From: an uncultured delta proteobacterium
GTDB taxonomy: Bacteria > Desulfobacterota > RBG-13-43-22
Assembly: GCA_963802945.1 (NCBI GenBank)
Contig: CAWDKY010000017.1
Coordinates: 64,001 to 128,000 of the forward strand
DNA length: 64,000 nt
Reading direction: 5' to 3'
This document shows, in pieces, positions 22,715 through 33,560 of this stretch. The position numbers and the translations under genes are program-made. Position 1 is the stretch's first letter; the number at the start of each line of letters is the position of its first letter. Below the pieces are notes generated by a model. It worked only from the letters and a program-made list of their open reading frames with translations. It had not been told where the DNA came from and searched no databases.

Positions 22715-25700
22715 TCAGCTTATGGCGTTTTTCTCGAGTCGCTTGCGGCGCGCTTGTATGGCCAAGGCTTCGAGTAGCCGGGTCTGGTTGGCGGAGATCC
22801 AAGGTCCTTCGCAATCGAGCGCGATATAAGGCATGGCGCTTTGGCTGGCCAACGGCCGTATAATCGCTTGCGAGTTCATCGCCGGCTGACAGTTGAAGCA
22901 ACCGAGGTTGACCAGGCCGTCATAGTCGTTTGAGCTTGCTGAACAGACGAATCGGCCTACGGTAACACTTGTCTCGCTAAACCCGTTGTTCGAGACATAG
23001 CGATGTCCGGCGTCCAATATTCGAGGAAACTCGATATGTTCGTCAAACATCAGGCCGGACCGGCCCATAATCGCGCGAAGCTTTTTTAAATGGGATTCGA
23101 TGACGTGGACACCATAGCGTGATGTGCGTAAGCGAATAGCGTCTTCTCGATTTATTTTTGGCGCTTTAAAGGCGATCTGATCGGCGGGATTCGTCATACC
23201 GTTTTTGAAGGCCACGCGTACAAAATTCTCCGATTCAATCCAGAGAGCTCCCTCGGCCACATCCACGACTTTAACCACAATACCTTGATTGAGAAAGTAG
23301 GCGCTCACCGGATAGTGAACGAAAATAAGGTTTAGGCCTCCAATCATGAGCACTTTGGTCGCCCGGCTCAGCTCGGTAGAAAGGGGGACTGCCGCCATTC
23401 GCTCGGCCCATTGCTCAACCGCTCCCTCGAGATCGAAGGTAAGAGTCCTTACGTTACCCACTAATTGCGCAAAGGCCGTATCGAACAACTTGAGCGCGCT
23501 ATCGCGATCGCTCGCGAGGCAGTAGAGCGCGTTGTGCGCTTCCTCCAACAGGTCTCCGAGTAGAAGGCATTTATTGATTTCCTGAATTTGCGCTCCGCTA
23601 AAACCGAGCTGCCGGTTTTCAGGGCTGCGGTTGACGCCGCCGATCGCGTCTTGCGCTTCGAGCCGCGAGAGAAAGTTGTCCCAAACCAAAGGCCAAGCGC
23701 CGTTTTGACACGGCCCTTCTTGGTCAAGCGTGAGATATACGGTGACCTCCCCCTGCTCGCGGCGATGGAGCAAATCCTCGACGACCGCACCGACGGTGGC
23801 GATCATCGGAACACACTCACGGCCGGAACAGACCTGGCGGGCCAATTGCATGGTTCGCGCCGTCGGCTTAGCAACCATTCGGCATTTCTTCCCGTTTTTT
23901 TCATATACCGTTTCGACAAGCCGCGCGGTCCACGGATTGGTCACGTCCGTAAGAACGTGTACGACCCGCTGATCATGATAGGCGATGCTATCACCATGGC
24001 TTCCGATGAACCCATCTTGGTTGTCGGATAAGCGGGCCAAGTTCCACCTTGCCCGGCCCACTTTTTCCGAGTTGGTTTTGGGGTTGATCAATGCCTCTGG
24101 TTTGCGCTCCTGTTCTTCGATAATATCGAGAAAAGCACCGACGCGTGTTTCAAATCCCGCGTGCGCCGTGTGCGAATCGATCTCTAAATAGCAGAAGGGA
24201 CGGCCGGCGAGCTGTTCGCAAAACAGGTGGTACATCACGCTATCTGGTCCGCAAGAAAAGCAGGAAACGAGGCAGATATGCCAGTTTTCACGCCGCTTGA
24301 CATGCTGTACAGCGTTGCTGATCTGCTGGGTGAAGTGCCAGACATCGCGGGGGAGGTAACGGTCTTCGATGGGCTCGAGCAGATCGGCGGGAATGGCGTG
24401 GTAGCCCCGACTGATAATCTTTCGCGGAAGGGCGAGGTTTATTTCGGAAGAATACACCGTATAAGGCCTTCCGGCTAAGACCACCGCCGCTTCTCCTTCT
24501 ATCTGTTGAAGCACCTTACGACCCCACTGCTGATAAGCCGCTTGGAACTGGCGGTAATGATCAAAAGCGGAGATCACTGCCCGCCTGGCTTGCGTTTCGG
24601 TGATAGTCAAAACAGGCGCCAGCCGTTCGATTTCTTTTATCGTTGTATCCCTAAGTTCTTTGGAAAGGCCCAGATGCGGAGCGAGCACTTTGTCCGCCAA
24701 TTGTGGGAAGGCGGCCTTGATCACATCGGCAATAATAGCCGTAGAAGGACAGGTGTAACCATGCAAACTCTGCGCGGGGACCTCTAACTCAAGCAAACGG
24801 GGAAGAAAGATAAAATCGACGTTTTTATCTGATAAGTTATCGACTGCCCCATGGATGATTTGACACGGGTAGCAAATAGCCGCCATGGTCTTTTGCAACC
24901 CTCCGCGGAAGCTTTCGGAGACGACCCAATCAAAGCCGAGCTCATTGATCAGCTTGGCGTAAAAAGGGAAGAGGTGATAGGCGCTCAGCCCCAGGGGTAA
25001 ACCGATCGTGCCTCGCGAGGGGTTCGGGGGCTGCGGTTTAAATTCATCAAACATCAGCCTGTTGCGCTCTGCAACCAAGTCGCGCCCCTCCGGCGTCTTA
25101 TCTTCCTGTCTCCTTTGGTTTTCGTATTTCGAGCACAACCCCCCAAACGGATATACCTTGGATCGTATGGCGATCTTCTGAACCTCACAAAGGTTCTGGC
25201 ACGAACGGCAACGGAAGGTCCCCTTGACGGACATTTCCTCGCCGATCAGGGCGCCGAGATCAAGTCTTTTTTCACGAGCACGTCCATCTCGCAACCGGTC
25301 GCGCGCCATCAGAGCGGCGCCGATGCAGCCCATGAGCTCGGGGTGCGGCGGGACCACGATTTTTCGTCCGACACGGGCAGCAAGCGCCAAGGCGACTGAT
25401 CGATTAAGCGCTACCCCGCCGAGAAAGAACACATCGTCCCGGATCGCGCGCGGCCCGACGATACGCGAAATATAGTTGTCCGCGATGGAACAGACCAAAC
25501 CTGCGATAACGTCGCGCTGATGCGCCCCCTGTTGCAGGGCATTTCTTATATCCGTGTTGATAAAAGCGGCACACCGTTCCCCAAAGGCGATCGGGCTCTC
25601 GCTCGACTCCGCTAGTGCGCTGATGGCCTCGGTCGCTACCCCCATATCGACCAAGGCCGACTCCTCTAGAAAGCTACCCGTTCCCGCTGAGCACCCCTCG

Positions 25701-27037
25701 TTCATGGCATAACCGACCGGAATGCCGTTGGTAAATGAGATGTACTTAGAATCCTGACCGCCGATTTCAAAGACGGTACCCACGTTCTGCACTTGCTCAG
25801 AAGCGGCGCGGGCGTGAGCGAGTATCTCGTTGAAAGAAAGGCCATTATCGAGGTAGACCGAGACGATCTCCCTACCCGACCCCGTACAGGCGGTTTGTAC
25901 AATATCTATCGGTTTATCGCCGACCTGTTTGATGAGCTGCGCGATGCACTGGGTCGTGGCGGAGATAGGATTTCCCAGCGTGCGCAAATAGCACCTGGCG
26001 CCGATCGCGCGGCTTTCCGCGTGGAGGAGCACGGCTTTGGTGGTGGTCGACCCGGCGTCAACGCTAAGAATATAACGGCCGCCGGCTACGGGTATAGGCT
26101 CGTTCGTGTCGCGCTGTACTCGGTAGTCTAAGAGATGCTCGGCCTGGCCCAGAGGAGCACGTGTTTCAAGGTCAAAACGGCGGTTTCTGAGAATGGGTTT
26201 ACGGTCGATAATAGCCGCTTGGTCGCCCAGCTCTTGCGCGAGAAGCGCCGCGCCAAAGGCTTCCAAATAGGTGCTATATTCAACGCGGTCGATGCGGGTC
26301 TCGGGGAACCGCCTGCCCAACGCCTCCACAAAGGGTCTGTTTGCGGTCACTCCTCCACAGACCACTATAGTTTGCATGGGCCATCTAGCGGAGGCCACCA
26401 TGTCGGTGACGCGTTGAGCCAGGTCCTCGATCAAAGAGCGCGCGATATCGCCGCGAGAGCACTCCCCTTTATTCAATTTGTGCGTAGCGTCGGACTTGCA
26501 ATGTACCGAGCAGCGAGTCGCTAACGGAACGCGCTTTCCGCTCTCGTAGGCATTCAGCCCTTGCTCAAGGGTCATCCCCATTCTGTGAAACTGCTGAACG
26601 ATGAACTCCCCGGTTCCCGCCGCGCACTTAGAGGTAGCGATGATGTTCTTGATCACGCCATCCTTCAGCGGATAAACGCAAAACGTTTCTCCCCCTAAAG
26701 CGAGCAGCAGATCAGGTTGATAGCCACAAAAATTTAGGGCCGTTTCCAGGCATTCCGTGGTCGATCGGTAGGGCGCTTCGACCAGTTGCCGGGTAGCCTG
26801 TCCAGTGATCACCAGACGCCGACCATTTTGGCCAGCCGCCCCTGGTCGGCGATCTCCCAGGCCGTGTGCAAACAGTTCTTCGATTACCTCGCGCGGTTGG
26901 CCATTATGCGCTCTGGTAATTGCGCGGGTTGTGCCCTGAGCGTCCCGTTGCACCCATTTGACTGAAATAGCGCCGACTTCCAATCCCTCGAATGTCCCCT
27001 GATCGTGTTGACGCCTCTGACCGCTATCCTTGTTCAT
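22715..27037 (-). CDS. Multidomain CoA-substrate-specific enzyme activase (two BadF/BadG/BcrA/BcrD ATPase domains plus DUF2229-type regions)
   Basis: KCAAGTG, DAGSTTTK, EIGGQDSK, MNEGCSAGTGSFLEE, FSCGPDS and GPCQNG motifs. Real start probably ATG 27037 (1440 aa). Confidence 0.88.
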   Translation of the reverse strand: MNKDSGQRRQHDQGTFEGLEVGAISVKWVQRDAQGTTRAITRAHNGQPREVIEELFAHGLGDRRPGAAGQNGRRLVITGQATRQLVEAPYRSTTECLETALNFCGYQPDLLLALGGETFCVYPLKDGVIKNIIATSKCAAGTGEFIVQQFHRMGMTLEQGLNAYESGKRVPLATRCSVHCKSDATHKLNKGECSRGDIARSLIEDLAQRVTDMVASARWPMQTIVVCGGVTANRPFVEALGRRFPETRIDRVEYSTYLEAFGAALLAQELGDQAAIIDRKPILRNRRFDLETRAPLGQAEHLLDYRVQRDTNEPIPVAGGRYILSVDAGSTTTKAVLLHAESRAIGARCYLRTLGNPISATTQCIAQLIKQVGDKPIDIVQTACTGSGREIVSVYLDNGLSFNEILAHARAASEQVQNVGTVFEIGGQDSKYISFTNGIPVGYAMNEGCSAGTGSFLEESALVDMGVATEAISALAESSESPIAFGERCAAFINTDIRNALQQGAHQRDVIAGLVCSIADNYISRIVGPRAIRDDVFFLGGVALNRSVALALAARVGRKIVVPPHPELMGCIGAALMARDRLRDGRAREKRLDLGALIGEEMSVKGTFRCRSCQNLCEVQKIAIRSKVYPFGGLCSKYENQRRQEDKTPEGRDLVAERNRLMFDEFKPQPPNPSRGTIGLPLGLSAYHLFPFYAKLINELGFDWVVSESFRGGLQKTMAAICYPCQIIHGAVDNLSDKNVDFIFLPRLLELEVPAQSLHGYTCPSTAIIADVIKAAFPQLADKVLAPHLGLSKELRDTTIKEIERLAPVLTITETQARRAVISAFDHYRQFQAAYQQWGRKVLQQIEGEAAVVLAGRPYTVYSSEINLALPRKIISRGYHAIPADLLEPIEDRYLPRDVWHFTQQISNAVQHVKRRENWHICLVSCFSCGPDSVMYHLFCEQLAGRPFCYLEIDSHTAHAGFETRVGAFLDIIEEQERKPEALINPKTNSEKVGRARWNLARLSDNQDGFIGSHGDSIAYHDQRVVHVLTDVTNPWTARLVETVYEKNGKKCRMVAKPTARTMQLARQVCSGRECVPMIATVGAVVEDLLHRREQGEVTVYLTLDQEGPCQNGAWPLVWDNFLSRLEAQDAIGGVNRSPENRQLGFSGAQIQEINKCLLLGDLLEEAHNALYCLASDRDSALKLFDTAFAQLVGNVRTLTFDLEGAVEQWAERMAAVPLSTELSRATKVLMIGGLNLIFVHYPVSAYFLNQGIVVKVVDVAEGALWIESENFVRVAFKNGMTNPADQIAFKAPKINREDAIRLRTSRYGVHVIESHLKKLRAIMGRSGLMFDEHIEFPRILDAGHRYVSNNGFSETSVTVGRFVCSASSNDYDGLVNLGCFNCQPAMNSQAIIRPLASQSAMPYIALDCEGPWISANQTRLLEALAIQARRKRLEKNAIS

Positions 27038-27141
27038 CGTCTCTCTTTCTCCGCGCGCCTCGCCTGATACACGTTTGAGGAGTCGCCAGCGGTAACAAGA
27101 CACGCGGGCGCGCGAAAAATTGCGCCTTGCTTGACTGCGAG

Positions 27142-27201
27142 CCGATACTATGGCTCCTAAAGTAACGCTTCCAGGGGGCTTCGTCAAAAGGAAAATGAGG
27201 A
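27142..27201 (+). mobile_element. IS91-family transposase remnant (60-bp fragment)
   Basis: Near-direct repeat of 29049-29109 (6 mismatches plus 1 indel); a decayed copy of the RYYGFYSNVSRG/LRQKEN coding segment. Confidence 0.7.
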
Positions 27202-27278
27202 AGCCTTTGATCAGGATTTCGGGATTTCCGTAGATCACTGCTCCGTTTAAGATAAGCAGACCATAACTTAAGAGAAAC

Positions 27279-28754
27279 TCAGAGAAGCTGGGAGCGCATA
27301 ATCCGCCCTTGGGCATCCCGCGGTATCTCTTCCACGAAAACGATCATTCGAGGTGTTTTATAGGATGCCAGGTGTTTATGGGCCTGTTGTTTGATTTCCT
27401 GCTCGGAAATGTTCGTGTTTTCCCGCACAATATAGGCCTTGATGATGGCTCCACGCATCAGGTCCGGGACTCCGGTGATGGCGGAATCTATCACCCCGGG
27501 TATGGCGTTAAGCACACCCTCGACCTCACGGGAGTAAACATTGAATCCGGAGGTGATGACCATTTCTTTTTTATACCCCGTGATGGTGATATATCCATCC
27601 TCATCGACAAAGCCCAGATCCCCGGTATACAACCACCCATCTCGGATAATTTCCGCGGTCTCCTTTTCATATTTGTAATAGCCCTTCATGATGTTGGGCC
27701 CTTTAAACAGCAACTCTCCTGGCTTATTCGCCTTCAGAGGATTACCATCCTCATCCACCACCATAACCTCCACCCCGGGCACAGTCGGACCGATGGTTTC
27801 CGGCTTGACCGGCCAATGCTTTCGGTTGACCGAGCACACCGGAGAAGCCTCGGTGATCCCGTAACCCTGATGGATATCTTGGTGAAATTTTTCTTTGAAA
27901 CCGTTAAAGATCTCGAGGGAGAGTGCCGCTCCTCCTGCAATTAAGGTCCTCACCTTGGAACAATTTACATTCTGGGCTTCCGGATGCTGAATAAGGCCGA
28001 AAAAAATGGTTGGAACAGCACATATGGCGGTAATCCCTGCCTCTTTGAGGGCATAGTCCATTTCCTTGAAATTGAGCCGATTCATCAAATAGATGGAACC
28101 GCCCAGGCGGAGCATGCAAAGCATATTGACACTGGCGCTGAAGGAGTGGAAAAGCGGGATGACGGTCAGGGTTGTATCCGTCTCATCGCAGTCCATACAA
28201 AGCCGCAACAGATCCGAATTGTGGTCCAGGTTGCCCTGGGTCAGCATGGCCCCCATGGGATATCCGGTAAGTCCCGAGGAATAGATAATGACAGCTACCT
28301 CGTCGGGAGTGAGGTCCTCGCCTATCTCCCGGGATTTTCCTGTGATCCATTGGTTAAAGTTGCCCTCTTCACCTGTGGTAATGACGATGTCCAAGGAATA
28401 CTTATCCAGGATCTCGTGGTAGGTCTCCAGACGGCCCTTTTCCAGGATAATGCCCTTGGAATCTGAATTCCTGATGATGTGTGCCAACTCCCAGGATGTA
28501 AAGGAGGGATTGACCGGAACCACTGTGGCACCCAGACCGACAATAGCCATATAAGAAATGACAAACTCCGGAATATTGGGAAGGACTAAGATGACTTTGT
28601 CGTTTTTGTTAAGGCCTGCCAGTTTGAGGGCCGTCCCAAGGGAACGGACGGCCCGAGAGAGCTCCCCGTAGGTGATCTCCTGGTCATGGGTTTTGAGACA
28701 GACCTTGCCTGGTCTTTCCTTGGCATGGATTTCCAACCACGAATAAATGTTCAC
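27279..28754 (-). CDS. Long-chain acyl-CoA synthetase (AMP-binding enzyme)
   Basis: YSSGLTGYPMG P-loop variant, GYGITEASP, GWLYTGD and SGFNVY motifs. Confidence 0.88.
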   Translation of the reverse strand: MNIYSWLEIHAKERPGKVCLKTHDQEITYGELSRAVRSLGTALKLAGLNKNDKVILVLPNIPEFVISYMAIVGLGATVVPVNPSFTSWELAHIIRNSDSKGIILEKGRLETYHEILDKYSLDIVITTGEEGNFNQWITGKSREIGEDLTPDEVAVIIYSSGLTGYPMGAMLTQGNLDHNSDLLRLCMDCDETDTTLTVIPLFHSFSASVNMLCMLRLGGSIYLMNRLNFKEMDYALKEAGITAICAVPTIFFGLIQHPEAQNVNCSKVRTLIAGGAALSLEIFNGFKEKFHQDIHQGYGITEASPVCSVNRKHWPVKPETIGPTVPGVEVMVVDEDGNPLKANKPGELLFKGPNIMKGYYKYEKETAEIIRDGWLYTGDLGFVDEDGYITITGYKKEMVITSGFNVYSREVEGVLNAIPGVIDSAITGVPDLMRGAIIKAYIVRENTNISEQEIKQQAHKHLASYKTPRMIVFVEEIPRDAQGRIMRSQLL

Positions 28755-28929
28755 TGTAACCCCTTGTTTTTTATGTCGCGCCTATTTTAAGAGTCTCAAT
28801 GTAATAATGACCCCAAAAGACCCCCCCGTTCTTATTCAAGGGAAGTCTTTCCATTTCATGCCTTGACAATAAAGAGACCTTTAATAGGTTATGGGTTCTT
28901 TATCACTCCCTGATTTAGAGGGATTCATC

Positions 28930-29399
28930 ATACCGACCATCCGGGCCTGGTTCCCAGAGGAACGCTGGTCAGAAGTGCTTCGATGGACAACCGGAGTTTG
29001 GCTGGCAGCCATGGCTTCCCATATCCCTGGCCAGCGTGAACAAATGGTCCGATACTATGGCTTCTATAGTAACGTTTCCAGGGGGGCTTCGTCAAAAAGA
29101 AAATCAAGATAACCTCATCCCCTGTGTTAAAGAATCAGATGAGAACGTCAAACCCAATCAGAACTGGCCCAAATTGATTCAGAAAATTGGAGCCTTTCTC
29201 GGACATGATCCGGGAAAGTTGACCCCCTAACCTGCCCGTTCTTTTTCACTTATCACATTCTAAATATTAAGTCCAAACCGGTAAATTCCCATTTCCCTCA
29301 GAGGCCCTCCTTCGTTCCCTTGCCTCGGGTATCATTTTTCTCCTTAATCATATTTTTTTCTTCTTTTATATTTTTCCCATTCAAAAGCAATGCCTTATC
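28930..29399 (+). mobile_element. IS91-family transposase 3' remnant with possible element end
   Basis: WLAAMASHIPGQREQMVRYYGFYSNVSRG/LRQKENQDNLIPCV..NWPKLIQKI; frameshifted and internally deleted. Confidence 0.75.
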
Positions 29400-29401
29400 A
29401 A

Positions 29402-29564
29402 ACTCTTTTACTGACTGAAGTTAACATCAAGAAAGCGCTTGAAATGTCACAACTGTTTACCGCCGATACTCATGTTGGGAAGAATGGGAGAACTTTATAA
29501 AAAAGTCCTTGAGGCATATCCAGATAAACTGGATATTCTGAAGGAGGAGAAGTTGCTTGATTGA
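29402..29564 (+). pseudogene. 3' fragment of an unidentified gene
   Basis: Coding-like frame TLLLTEVNIKKALEMSQL/LPPILMLGRMGELYKKVLEAYPDKLDILKEEKLLD* with no start, beginning right after the IS remnant. Confidence 0.4.
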
Positions 29565-29690
29565 ATAATTGTGATTTAAATAGTCCTAAAGGGCAGTACA
29601 AAAATTTTTTTGCATTACCCTTTATTCAATTTTTTTTCAAAAAAACAAAAATACTGTTATACTATATAATAAATTCACAGGAGGCCAGTT

Positions 29691-30701
29691 ATGAAATTAT
29701 CTGAGATTGCGGCTGTTATCGGTGGCGAGCTCGTCGGTAATGAGGTTGAAATTATTGGTGTATCAGGCCTTGATGAACAATCGGAGAATACCATCGCTTA
29801 CGCTGAAAATAAAAGAAACCTGGAACTACTCATAAACTCAAGCGTTGCGGCTATTATCATAAAAAAAGATATGGCAACTTCAGGTAAACCGGTTATAAAG
29901 GCAGATGACCCCAAGTTTGCAATTTCCAAGGTTCTTGAGCTATTCAGCCCTTATAAGCCTTATAAAAAGGAAATCTATCCGAATACTTATATTGAAAAAT
30001 CTGCAAAAATCGGGAAAAACGTCACTGTTTTGCCTTTCAGCAATATTATGGAAGGCACTGAGATCGGGGATAATACCATTATCTATTCACAGGTTTTCAT
30101 TGGAAAGAATGTTAAAATTGGAAAGAATTGTATTATAAAAGCTGGCGTAAAAATTGATGATGAAACTACCATTGGCGACAATGTTATCATTCACCACAAC
30201 AGTGTTGTCGGTGGGGACGGCTTTGGATATGTACAGAAAGACGGTAAGAATTTTAAAGTGCCCCAGATCGGCAGAATTATTATTGAGGATGATGTGGAAA
30301 TCGGGGCTTGTGTGACAATTGACCGCTCAACCATAGGTAATACGGTCATCGGTAAGGGCGTTAAGGTGGATAACCTTGTGCAGATTGCCCACAATGTAAA
30401 AATCGGTGAAAACACATTCCTGGCAGGCCAGGTCGGTGTCGCGGGCAGTTCAACTATAGGCAGGAACTGCTTCCTGGGAGGCCAGGTCGGTATAGCTGAC
30501 CATGTCACCATCGGCGATAATGTGGCCATTCTCGTGCAATCAGGTATAGAAAGTAAAAGAGTGATAGAGTCTAATAAGGTTCTCTTCGGAAGTCCAGCCA
30601 GAGACCTTATGGCCCAGAAGCGTATTATTTTTTCTCTGGACAGGCTTCCTGAATTGGTTAAAACCAATAGAGCTATCAAAAAGAAACTGAATATCGAATA
30701 A
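29691..30701 (+). CDS. lpxD: UDP-3-O-(3-hydroxyacyl)glucosamine N-acyltransferase
   Basis: Hexapeptide repeats, GGDGFGY, KVPQIG, IGACVTIDR and KVDNLVQIAHNV; SD AGGAGG. Confidence 0.93.
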   Translation: MKLSEIAAVIGGELVGNEVEIIGVSGLDEQSENTIAYAENKRNLELLINSSVAAIIIKKDMATSGKPVIKADDPKFAISKVLELFSPYKPYKKEIYPNTYIEKSAKIGKNVTVLPFSNIMEGTEIGDNTIIYSQVFIGKNVKIGKNCIIKAGVKIDDETTIGDNVIIHHNSVVGGDGFGYVQKDGKNFKVPQIGRIIIEDDVEIGACVTIDRSTIGNTVIGKGVKVDNLVQIAHNVKIGENTFLAGQVGVAGSSTIGRNCFLGGQVGIADHVTIGDNVAILVQSGIESKRVIESNKVLFGSPARDLMAQKRIIFSLDRLPELVKTNRAIKKKLNIE

Positions 30702-30895
30702 GCTGGACAGGAAATATGATCCTTTTAAGTGAAATAAACAGGATGGATGAATGAATTTATTTACTGGATAGATTAGACTATTAACGCTGGCTGGATATTT
30801 GGGTTACATAGATTTCGATAAAAGGTAAAAGCGACGAAGTAAGTTCTTGAGATACTTTTTTTCTATCATGACACCGGAACTATTAAGGAGAACCA

Positions 30896-31855
30896 TTGAA
30901 TCCGGGTAAGAACAGATACCGAGCGGGGCCGTTGGCCTGGATCTTCGTCCTTGTTTTCTTCCTGCTATTTTCGCCGGCAAAGGCACTGGCCGAGGAGTGG
31001 GGCACCGTCACCATCGATGAAACGAAGCAGATGGTGCTGGGGGACCAGTTTTTTCAGGAAGCGGACTATGCGGGGGCCATTCGGGAATACAAGCGTTTTC
31101 TCTTCTTTTTCCCCCAGAGTGTCAGGGGGGATGAGGCGATGTTAAAAATCGCCCAATCGCACCTGAGGAATGGAAAGTGGGAGGAAGCCTTATCCGCCTC
31201 TGACAATCTGATCCAAAGGTACCCCAATTCTTCACGCATCGCCGAGGCCTTGATGATCAAAGGCAATGTCTTCGCCGTCAAGCGGCAGTACCCCGAGGCC
31301 CGCTCCTTCTTCAGGAAAGCCCAGGACAGTTCTCCTCAGACGTCCTTGGCTGACGAAGCCCAGCTGCAGATCGCCCGTACCTTCATACGGGAGGAAAGAT
31401 GGGAAGAGGCCTCATCCGAATTCCGCCGGATCGACCCGAACAGCAGGGTATATGACAGGGCTGAAACTATGGCCCAGGGGCTGGATCGGATTCACGAGCT
31501 TCCCCAGGATTCCCCCCTGGCTGCGGGGGTCTTATCGGGTCTTCTCCCCGGGGCCGGACAGCTTTATACGGGACGGTACGGCGAAGCGATCATTGCTTTT
31601 CTTCTTAACGGGTCCTTCATCTGGGGGATGGTCGAATCCTTCTCTAACAAGAACAACGTGGTGGGAGGAATCCTGACCGCCTTTGAGCTGGGATGGTACA
31701 GTGCGAACATCGTAAACGCGGTGAACAACGCGAACGAAAATAATCAAAGAATGAGAGGGGACTATCTCCAAAAGCTGGAGAGGGAAGGCGGCTTTTCCCT
31801 GGCACCCGCTCTCTCGGGAAGGACTCTAGTCCTACGGTTGCAGTACACCTTCTAG
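30896..31855 (+). CDS. Exported tetratricopeptide-repeat protein with a C-terminal membrane hairpin
   Basis: Signal peptide, BamD/CpoB-like TPRs and the SPLAAGVLSGLLPGAGQLYTG motif. Confidence 0.75.
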   Translation: MNPGKNRYRAGPLAWIFVLVFFLLFSPAKALAEEWGTVTIDETKQMVLGDQFFQEADYAGAIREYKRFLFFFPQSVRGDEAMLKIAQSHLRNGKWEEALSASDNLIQRYPNSSRIAEALMIKGNVFAVKRQYPEARSFFRKAQDSSPQTSLADEAQLQIARTFIREERWEEASSEFRRIDPNSRVYDRAETMAQGLDRIHELPQDSPLAAGVLSGLLPGAGQLYTGRYGEAIIAFLLNGSFIWGMVESFSNKNNVVGGILTAFELGWYSANIVNAVNNANENNQRMRGDYLQKLEREGGFSLAPALSGRTLVLRLQYTF

Positions 31856-32259
31856 TGCAGTGGTGCAGAAGCCTTATTGGCCTCGGTTTTTTTTACTGAA
31901 GGATTTTTTGCGGTGCCCTGGCTTTCGCCGCGAGGGGAGAACCTTGGCGCCCGATCCGGCGGCGGGAGGAGCCAAGGCAAGCAGATCGCATCTCATTGTT
32001 AGGAAAGGAAAGATATGAATCTCCTTACACTTATCTGCTATTTGTTATACACTGGCTATATTGTGGGGCAGTTCCAATTTAATATTAATGAAGCTCCCCC
32101 AATAGAATCAAAACCTATCGTGTCAATGCAGAGCCAACCCAACCCGGGTGCGGATACCGCCGCGTCTTCGCCGCAAAAAGAACCCCCGCGGACGGAGGAG
32201 CTTCCCTAAGACCAGAAGGGATCCAGGCTCCTGCTGCCGGTCGCAGGAAGGCACACGAC

Positions 32260-32796
32260 TCAATAGATATAGGGCAGAAACCTCCAGGTTTTCCGGCGGT
32301 ACTCTCGATAATCCGGAAACTGTTCGGCCAACAGATATTCTTCCTGGGCCACCTTGAGGACATAGAGGATGGAGAATCCCACCCATAGGGGCACGCTCAA
32401 CAGGCTGCCGAAGAGCAGGATCCACCCGCCGAATATCGCGAAGCCGGCCAGATACATGGGGTGGCGGATCTTGGAGTAAACCCCGGAAGTGACGAGAGAT
32501 CCCTCCACCCTGGGCTGGGCATGGATGCGAAAATTCCTCCCCAAGGCCCGGAAGCTGAAGAATGTCAGGATCAGGCCAGCGAGAAGAATGGAAAGGCCAA
32601 GGACCTTCTGCGACCCGGCCACGGGTCGCTTCCTCATGGCGCCCTCCAGGGGTGCCAGGATCAGGATGAGGCCTTGAAGGATCAGATACGCAGTGCTGAT
32701 CCATTTTCGCTCGACAGGGCGTTTCCCAGATTCGGGATGGGACCTGATAAAAGAAAATGGGCCGTTCCCGCATTCATCCATTCCGAGGAAAATCAT
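32260..32796 (-). CDS. Isoprenylcysteine carboxylmethyltransferase family protein (5' end uncertain)
   Basis: LVTSGVYSKIRHPMY and EEYLLAEQFPDYREYRRKTWRFLP motifs. Confidence 0.8.
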   Translation of the reverse strand: MIFLGMDECGNGPFSFIRSHPESGKRPVERKWISTAYLILQGLILILAPLEGAMRKRPVAGSQKVLGLSILLAGLILTFFSFRALGRNFRIHAQPRVEGSLVTSGVYSKIRHPMYLAGFAIFGGWILLFGSLLSVPLWVGFSILYVLKVAQEEYLLAEQFPDYREYRRKTWRFLPYIY

Positions 32797-33089
32797 TTAG
32801 AGCAAACCCCCCTTTCAGATGGTAAACGTTGCTGAAGCCCATCTTTGGTAACATGACCGCGATCAAGAAAGCGCTGCCCGGAAAGGCACAAGACCAGCAC
32901 CGGCTGATTCTTCGGCTTCGTCAGGCTGGCTTCGACAACCCCTTTCCCCAACGGGTAGTTCTCAGCCCCCTGCAGCCAGTTCCAGTGGGATTCCGAGCGG
33001 GTGCGCACATCGATGATCCACGTGTCATTCGGCAGGGTGAGCATCTGGCGGGGGTGCAGTGTCTTGACTCCCGAGATCAGGGTCAACAT
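32793..33089 (-). pseudogene. Rhodanese-like domain pseudogene
   Basis: IIDVRT..VLVLCLSGQR, then a frameshift to MGFSNVYHLKGGLL*. Confidence 0.65.
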
Positions 33090-33187
33090 ATCCTCGCCCA
33101 CCATCAGGTTAAAAAAAGACCAGATGCTCCCGGCGTCGAGGCCCGTCGATCCGTTTGCCAGGGAATCTTGCTGGGCGTGCCTTAAGA

Positions 33188-33560
33188 TCAATATGGTTTG
33201 GAGTCATGAAGCGCAAGCAGGCCGGCCCAGAGCACCCCGCCGGCTCGGCTGCGGGTGTAAAGGCATAAGGCCGCCAGGCCAAGGACGATCGAGGTCTTCA
33301 GGGGGTGCAAGAGGTGGCTGGCATGTAACTGCAGAAAGAGGTAGCTGTTCTGTGAAAGGTATGGTCGGGGGAAAAAACAAGAGACCAGTTCAACGAGCGA
33401 GATGATCAGTACGAATCCCGCTGAAACAAGGAGCAGCCCAAGGAAGGCGAGTTCCAGGAAACCGGACGGCCGTCCAGAGAACCCCGTATCCAAACCCGTC
33501 GCCAGCACGACAGTCGCGGCCGCCAGATAGAAAAAGAGCACCGGGATGAGGCTTTGTGCA
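33188..33560 (-). pseudogene. Decayed membrane protein gene
   Basis: Several hydrophobic segments with broken frames at both ends. Confidence 0.35.

Noticed and set aside
27038-27316. 93-aa N-terminal extension of the 1533-aa ORF
   Set aside because: It runs through an IS remnant and overlaps the ligase gene; ATG 27037 is the plausible start.
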